5,056 nucleotides of DNA from Octopus sinensis (taxonomy: Eukaryota). A program made the position numbers and the translations under genes. The stretch spans positions 1 to 5,056 of the forward strand of contig NW_021830148.1 of NCBI RefSeq assembly GCF_006345805.1, read 5' to 3'. Shown here in pieces: positions 1 to 5,056 of this stretch (position 1 is the first letter of the stretch; every line of letters begins with the position of its first letter). Below the pieces are notes generated by a model that ran no database searches, was not told where the DNA came from, and saw only the letters and a list, made by a program, of their open reading frames with translations.

Positions 1-126
1 GAAAGACAATGATTGTTTACCATAAAGATTTTCCGTTTTGCCGGACCATTCGATGTGGTTTACCAGAGCCTGATTTTTAGTACAATGCTTGTAAGTTGCG
101 TCGCATGATTTGATTTTCCTCTCCTT

Positions 127-246
127 TATATTATGTATATGTGTGTGTGAAAGTGTGTGTCTGCGTGTGTGTTTGTGTGTGTTAAAATAAGTAAATGTAA
201 ATGAATGTATATATTGTGTATGTATATATATATGTATATCGATATA
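127..246. repeat. Compound (TG)n/(TA)n microsatellite
   Basis: Degenerate gtgtgtgt runs at ~140-181 followed by tatata runs to ~246. Confidence 0.85.
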
Positions 247-258
247 TGGAGAGACGTA

Positions 259-443
259 ATAGATAGAGAGATAGAAAGATAAAGATACAGACAATGATTG
301 ATAGAGAGATAGCTAGACAGACACATGATAGTTTGATAGATAGATTTAGATAGATAATAATAGATAGATAGATAGATAGATAGAAAGATGGAAAGATAGA
401 GATAGATAGTCATAGATAGACAATGATAGATAGATAATAGATA

Positions 444-476
<33 letters not shown>

Positions 477-586
477 GATAATAGACATAGATAGAAAGAG
501 AGATAGACTGATAGATAGATAGATAAATAGATACATAGATAGATAGAATGATAGATATAGATAGATAGTATTAGAGATAGATGGAC

Positions 587-649
<63 letters not shown>

Positions 650-652
650 TGT
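259..652. repeat. (GATA)n/(TATC)n tetranucleotide array, left part
   Basis: Degenerate GATA units that become pure from ~590 to 648. Source of the YLSI-repeat ORFs. Confidence 0.97.
633..652 (+). repeat. Target-site duplication candidate, left copy (AGATAGATAGATAGATATGT)
   Basis: Identical to 1935-1954, including the ATGT variant that breaks the GATA register. Abuts the 3' end of the element. Confidence 0.75.
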
Positions 653-942
653 TTCTTTATTAGCCACACAGGGCTGCACACAGACAGAACAAATTACAAG
701 GTAGAGCTTTTCTTTTGGGGGTAAAAAAAGGGGGTTGGGTTTCGATCAAAAGGGATCGTAAAAGGAAAGAAAGAGGACAAAAATAGGGACGATTTTTTTA
801 AAAAAGGGGGGAGAAGGAAAGAAATAAAAGGAAAGGGGAGAGGAAAAAAAGTTGATCAATAGGGATCGTAATCACAGAAATGTCAATATGAAGTGTAAAG
901 AAAAGCCTACGGAAAAGAACACGGTAACCTCGGTCAATGAAG
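653..942 (-). other. Putative 3' UTR of the Tx1 element with terminal AATAAA and no poly(A) tail
   Basis: T/C-rich on the sense strand. AATAAA lies at 656-661 (minus), 3 nt before the direct repeat. Contains a duplicated GATC hairpin motif at 743-761 and 854-871. Confidence 0.65.
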
Positions 943-1934
943 TCACATATTATATTTCTTTCTTTTATTTTTTTTTGCAAATCCTTTCGGGCGCGTCCAC
1001 CAGATACATTCTTTCGCCATAGCCACAAGTATGATAAAAATAGCTCTTCCTTCCCGTTTGAAGGAAGGAGGCGTGACGATATTAACGATAGACTCGGCTG
1101 ATAAACCGACACGTCCCACACGTGACAGCAGTCGTTCGACATAAGCCCACAGGTCGGAAATTGCTGGACACTGAACGATTGCGTGCAGAGCGGTTTCGTC
1201 GCTCTGCCCGCATCTCGGGTAGGCCGGCCCCGTGTTTCTCGAGCCATGCCTATAGAGCTTATCCCAACGGGTAGCGCTTCTCGTAGCACCGCCAGGCCAG
1301 GGATCTCTGGAAGTTGTCTATAGGTCCGGGCCGAAAGTCGTTTGAAACAGGGGGTCAGGTATTCCTCGACGACGCCCAGGTTTTCCACGAGATCGTCGTC
1401 GTACCTCCCCTCCACTAATCCCCTATAGAATTCTTTGGTTGTGTTGAAGTCACTCAAGGTCGACCTGGGACGGCAGAGTTGCTTGAGAGCAACGCGACAC
1501 TCGCGGTGCCATCGCCCCTTCCTCGGCCTCTTTTTGCCCCACGACTGTTGTTCGGTCATGGAGAACAGTTGCGGGAATGCATGCCTCACAAACGGCGACC
1601 ACACCGGTTCACACGTCGTGAACATAGAGCCGGAGATGTCGCAGTCTCAGCGCGTGTCTGCGCATCATCAACCACGGCATGCCCAGCACTTCTTTTAACG
1701 GGTGTTGGCAGCAAATGGATCGCCTGACCATCGGGACGCATCCTTTCCACAAGAAGCGGAAGAGGATGCGTTCTAGATTGGTGATGGTAGGGTCGGGACA
1801 AGGTACGACGGTCAGGCGGTAGTAGATGGCGGACGCGATGTAGGCTTTCGCCACCTCCACCCGACCTTTTAGGGACACTTTCCTCTCGGCCCATTGCTGC
1901 GCGAGAGTGACCACCCTACTCGTTATTTTGTTCC
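943..1934 (-). pseudogene. Degenerate ORF2 C-terminal part (RT thumb, linker, zinc knuckle)
   Basis: Manual re-framing with inferred frameshifts near 1612, 1352, 1328, 1282 and 1266 gives ...LGVVEEYLT/LFQTTFG/GPIDNFQRSLAWRCY/REALPV/DKLYRHGSRNTGPAYPRCGQSDETALHAIVQCPAISDLWAYVERLLS...AMAKECIWWTRPKG. The knuckle at 1168-1221 reads Y-x2-C-x8-H-x4-C, with the first Cys as Tyr (TAC). The frame stops at TGA 943-945. Track ORFs 1609..2076 and 798..1625 are each only partly in the true frame. Confidence 0.85.
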
Positions 1935-1954
1935 AGATAGATAGATAGATATGT
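1935..1954 (+). repeat. Target-site duplication candidate, right copy
   Basis: Identical to 633-652. Abuts the 5' truncation point. Confidence 0.75.
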
Positions 1955-1965
1955 AGATATATAGG

Positions 1966-2033
<68 letters not shown>

Positions 2034-2074
2034 GATATAGATAGAAGATCGATTGATTGATCGATAGATAGATC
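1935..2074. repeat. (GATA)n array, right part
   Basis: Near-pure GATA units in the same orientation as 259-652. Confidence 0.97.
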
Positions 2075-2204
2075 ATTTTCTATTGTTGCATCCTTTAAAA
2101 TTTCAGGAACACAAACCATACTGCTTCAATTCCCGTTCGCTGTCTTCGATGAGATCCGACAATTCTAATTTATGGCGTAGAATTTAACCATAGCTGTAAA
2201 CAAT

Positions 2205-2304
2205 TCCTTACGTTTGTCATCCATTGGGCTGCGCCTATGCTGGGGCACTGCCTTAAAGTGTTTTAGTCCGCACAAATCGACCCCAGTATTTGTTGTTAAG
2301 CCTG
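2205..2304 (-). mobile_element. 3' fragment of a SINE-like repeat
   Basis: Minus-strand actggggtcgatttgtgcggactaa resembles actgtgatcgatataatcggctta in the SINE body at ~4753-4776. The following aggcagtgccccagcataggcgcagcccaatg resembles, from recall only, a common octopus SINE 3' region. Confidence 0.5.
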
Positions 2305-2587
2305 CTGCGTATTCTCGCGATCCCTTCCGCTGATTTGCCTACAGTTACGCAACTTTATACTTTTGATTTTTTTTATATTACTTACCAGAAAAACGAAAAA
2401 CATGAATGCAATTATCGTCAGCGGCAGGCAATTCTGAATCAGACGTAAATGCTTTGAAAATGACGTGGTAAAAATGTGAAAAGTTTCAAATGGTTGTAAG
2501 GAATTTAACAAGATACCGATCGGCCAAATTACTGGGACGTAAAAAACCGGAACCTGTTCCCAAGCGGTCATAGTGGATAAACTGAAA

Positions 2588-2697
2588 CACATACACATAT
2601 ACATACACGCGCTCACATATACATAGATGTATACATATATGTAAAATATATATATATATTATACATAAGTGTGTGTGTGTGTGTGTGTGTATATATA
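2588..2697. repeat. Compound (CA/TA)n and (TG)n microsatellite
   Basis: acatacacatatac... runs, tatata runs and gtgtgtgt at ~2669-2690. Confidence 0.9.
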
Positions 2698-3119
2698 ACA
2701 AAGTAAGTTGGGGCTACTAATAAATATATATAATTGAAATATAGGATAGAATTTTTACGAGGATTTATCAAGTAGTTATCGTGAAAAACCTCAGAAAGGA
2801 TAACTTATTAATTATTCCCTATGAATAATTTTATATATATTAAGGGCAATACTTATACATAAATGCCTCACGCTAGGAGGGTCTCTTGAAGTATAAACTA
2901 CTATAATGCCCACATTGTACAAAACGCGAGGGAATGCAACTCTCAAAGCGAGCCTCCAGAAACAGACGTAGCTGAACATCATATGATTCCGTAATTAGTG
3001 CACAAAATGCACTTTTCACTCATCAGCGCAGCCTTTGTCAAGAGATAAAAATTAACAAATATCAACGTACCAGACGAACACTTGTATCCTGGCGTTTGAT
3101 ACAATGTGGTTATTATATT

Positions 3120-3469
3120 CAGGCAGTCATAGATGACGGAAGCGATGGACGCATTCGCCACCTCGACTCGACCCTTCACGAACAGCTTCCTCTCTGCCAA
3201 TTTCTGGGTGAGATCGACTATCCTGTTCGTCACCTCCCACCCGTTGTTGTCCCACCTCGGGGTCTACAGCAGACCAGACCCCAAACAGTCTAACCTGTCT
3301 TTCCGTTTAGCGCCCTACAAACTGTCGGTTGGTATGGGTCTGCCTCTCCATCTGCCGAGTTGCAGGCCCACCGACTTCTCCTGGATAAGCTTTGCTCCTA
3401 TCAACACTTCGTGGACAGTATTATGATGCCGTAGTCCGTGTTAGCTGATACGAACATTCCACATCCTAA
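3120..3469 (-). pseudogene. Second, more decayed Tx1/L1-like RT fragment (catalytic motif to thumb)
   Basis: Re-framed minus strand: VSANTDYGIIILS (decayed SAYADDV-type motif), GAKLIQEKSVGLQLGRWRGRP, RLFGVW, then EVTNRIVDLTQKLAERKLFVKGRVEVANASIASVIYDCL. The last block aligns with the 1812-1925 segment of the first element. Confidence 0.75.
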
Positions 3470-3471
3470 GA

Positions 3472-3500
3472 CATATATATATATATATATATTTATATAT
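3472..3500. repeat. (TA)n microsatellite
   Basis: atatatat run. Confidence 0.9.
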
Positions 3501-3589
3501 ACGTTATCTGTATTTCTAATTATATAATTTCGATAGAAAATTTTCAGTCAGCAGTTTATGATGATTGGCGGTGGAAGTGGAAGAGTTAA

Positions 3590-3705
3590 AATGAGAGAGG
3601 GGTAGAGGGAGGGATAGAAGAGAGAGAGGGGAAAGAAGAGGAGGAGAGTTGATGTGTACGATTGTTCGTGTGTGTGTGTGTGTGTGTGTCTCTCTCTGTG
3701 TGTGA
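3590..3705. repeat. GA-rich low-complexity tract followed by (TG)n(TC)n
   Basis: Purine run at ~3590-3647; gtgtgt...tctctc at ~3668-3703. Confidence 0.8.
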
Positions 3706-3863
3706 TGTAATATATACATAACCCTGCCTAAGCTTTTCTTTAATATGAAACTGGAGGGAATATCACATTAACGATTGCATTAAATGATATAATTTTACTG
3801 TGAAGAAGTGAGTGAAATATTTAGCCGGAAGAAATTTCCAATAACAATACTAATTTTATATAC

Positions 3864-3880
3864 TAATAAAAATAATAATA

Positions 3881-3930
<50 letters not shown>

Positions 3931-3942
3931 TATTATTACTAA

Positions 3943-4007
<65 letters not shown>
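3864..4007. repeat. (AAT)n(ATT)n inverted trinucleotide array
   Basis: AAT units to 3929, then ATT units from 3930. Source of the poly-N/poly-Y ORF. Confidence 0.95.
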
Positions 4008-4008
<1 letters not shown>

Positions 4009-4009
<1 letters not shown>

Positions 4010-4518
4010 TGAGAGAGCAGTGCATGCCATCAAAGTGACACTAGGGTAAAATATACGAAGCCCAGTATACCCATCATGACTACCCGTCTGATAAGGGTAC
4101 ACCAGGCACATGCATCACAAACATAAATGCGAAACATGATGATCTCATATCAAGATAAAAAGCACATGACCTTTTAGGTGGGGACCAGTTAGATTTTCTT
4201 CTGGTCGAGTAACCATCCTGCTCAAAAGGTCCCCGAGTAAGAGTTGTTTACGGATTTTGAACGAAACCCCATGTTTCCAGAGGTGAATTATTCAACCCCA
4301 AAGAATACCTCTCACACATGGCTATGATACTCCCCCACTACTTCTGCTTGTGATCAGATGATGCACATATCATCAGCCACTAAGGGACATGCTCAACTGG
4401 TTAACGTCGAGCAACTGACAAGCAAATCTGTGGTATTGAGCGGAATATTTGCTGGAGCCCATCCCCTATACCAAGAAGATGGGCTACATCTTCGTTCAAC
4501 ATCCTTCAACAACCCTTA
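4009..4518 (-). mobile_element. Unclassified retroposon-like fragment (probable 3' end with (AAT)n tail) with an inverted terminal segment
   Basis: Complex non-coding block between two (ATT)n arrays; on the minus strand it runs directly into (AAT)n. Resembles, from recall only, a high-copy octopus repeat. 4491-4518 is an inverted copy of 4238-4265. Confidence 0.5.
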
Positions 4519-4536
4519 CTATTATTATTATTATTA

Positions 4537-4588
<52 letters not shown>
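4519..4588. repeat. (ATT)n microsatellite
   Basis: Near-pure ATT units. Source of the poly-I/L/Y ORFs. Confidence 0.95.
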
Positions 4589-4607
4589 TGCCAATAGGGC
4601 CGGCATA

Positions 4608-4838
4608 GCGGTGAGATCTGGCAGAATCTTTAGTACGTCGGGCGAAATGCTAAGCGGTATTTCTTCTGCCGTTATCTTCGGAGTTCAATTTCCCCCGAGG
4701 TCGACTTTGCCTTTCATCCTTTCGGGGTCGATTAAAGAAGTACCAGTTACGCACTGTGATCGATATAATCGGCTTAATCCGTTTGTCTGTCCTTGTTTGT
4801 CTTTTCTGTGTTTAGCCCCTTGTGGGTAGTAAAGAAAC
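4608..4838 (+). mobile_element. tRNA-derived SINE, near full length
   Basis: A-box-like TGGCAGAATC (4619-4628) and B-box-like GAGTTCAATTTCC (4681-4693). The central GTCGACTTTGCCTTTCATCCTTTCGGGGTCGAT...AGTACCAG resembles a conserved invertebrate SINE core (Meta-like, from recall). The 3' tail ends AGCCCCTTGTGGGTAGTAAAGAAAC. Confidence 0.8.
4619..4693 (+). promoter_or_regulatory. Internal Pol III type 2 promoter (A and B boxes) of the SINE
   Basis: Partial matches to the TRGCNNARY and GTTCRANNC consensus, ~52 nt apart. Confidence 0.55.
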
Positions 4839-5056
4839 AGGATACAGTAGACATGGACAGTGGAGATTTAACGCTGAGACAACGAGTACACAGTTAAAAG
4901 AATAACAATGATATCCGACAAAAGAATATAACAATGAAAGTTCGTAATAGGTGCAGGTAATCCCCTGGAGTTGGCTCAGGTACCCCCCCACCCCAATCCT
5001 GACCTCGACGCTTCGAGAGCATCTGGGAAGAACACTCTCCTTTCTTTCAAATCACT

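Larger units (their letters stand above)
653..1934 (-). mobile_element. 5'-truncated L1/Tx1-clade non-LTR retrotransposon (~1.28 kb)
   Basis: The minus strand encodes an RT-thumb-like segment (WAERKVSLKGRVEVAKAYIASAIYYRLTVVPCP...LERILFRFLWKG...LGMP) and a C-terminal CCHC-type region. A pyrimidine-rich 3' UTR ends in AATAAAGAA. Flanked by 20-bp direct repeats. Confidence 0.88.

Noticed and set aside
4-300. AGACAATGATTG at 4-15 and 289-300
   Set aside because: A 12-bp match that resembles a GATA-array variant (also seen near 418). It encloses only simple repeats, so it is not convincing as a TSD.
126-679. Track ORFs 126..536 and 410..679 (YLSI-type repeats)
   Set aside because: Translations of the (TATC)n and (CA)n microsatellites, which lack stops in those frames.
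962-1260. C-terminal half of the 275-aa ORF 798..1625 as a real protein
   Set aside because: Out of frame after ~1266; the zinc-knuckle motif lies in another frame.
1435-1894. Track ORFs 1435..1698, 1479..1727 and 1586..1894
   Set aside because: Antisense or alternative-frame shadows of GC-rich Tx1 coding sequence.
259-2074. CRISPR or other prokaryotic repeat array
   Set aside because: The repeats are 2-4 nt microsatellites without unique spacers, and the context is eukaryotic.
1609-2076. Apparent ATG-(YLSI)n-RT thumb fusion protein
   Set aside because: Chance in-frame read-through from the target microsatellite into a truncated ORF2 (roughly a 1 in 3 chance). No sign of expression.
3096-3426. 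Plus-strand ORFs 3096..3293 and 3133..3426
   Set aside because: Antisense to the second RT fragment, with no independent motif.
4270-4380. Possible hammerhead ribozyme (minus-strand CTGATGA near 4371-4377, GAAAC near 4273-4277)
   Set aside because: The motifs are ~95 nt apart and I could not build stem II or the other required helices.
4608-4695. tRNA gene
   Set aside because: A and B boxes are present, but no cloverleaf can be folded and the sequence continues into a SINE body and tail.
3863-4829. ORFs with poly-N, poly-Y, poly-I or poly-L tracts (3863..4111, 4358..4597, 4449..4829)
   Set aside because: Trinucleotide-repeat translations that run into non-coding repeats. The poly-Leu tract is not a credible signal peptide.
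4896-4937. Short direct repeat AAAAGAATAACAATGA / AAAAGAATATAACAATGA
   Set aside because: Only 8 nt lie between the copies, so there is no intervening element. Most likely slippage in A-rich DNA.

Overview
Eukaryotic, microsatellite-rich repeat landscape with no intact gene. The SINE/LINE fragments resemble abundant octopus (cephalopod) repeats; this is recall-based pattern recognition, not a database result. The main element is a 5'-truncated L1/Tx1-clade non-LTR retrotransposon (653-1934, minus) comprising a frameshifted ORF2 RT-thumb/CCHC remnant and a 3' UTR. It sits inside a (GATA)n array and is flanked by a perfect 20-bp direct repeat, AGATAGATAGATAGATATGT. Its last ~50 nt match the 3' tail of a tRNA-headed SINE at ~4608-4838, suggesting a Tx1 LINE/SINE partner pair. 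The window also holds an older Tx1 RT fragment from another subfamily (3120-3469), a SINE fragment (~2205-2304), an unclassified element between (ATT)n arrays with a fold-back inverted end (4009-4518), and many simple repeats. Most ORFs in the supplied track are microsatellite or antisense artefacts.
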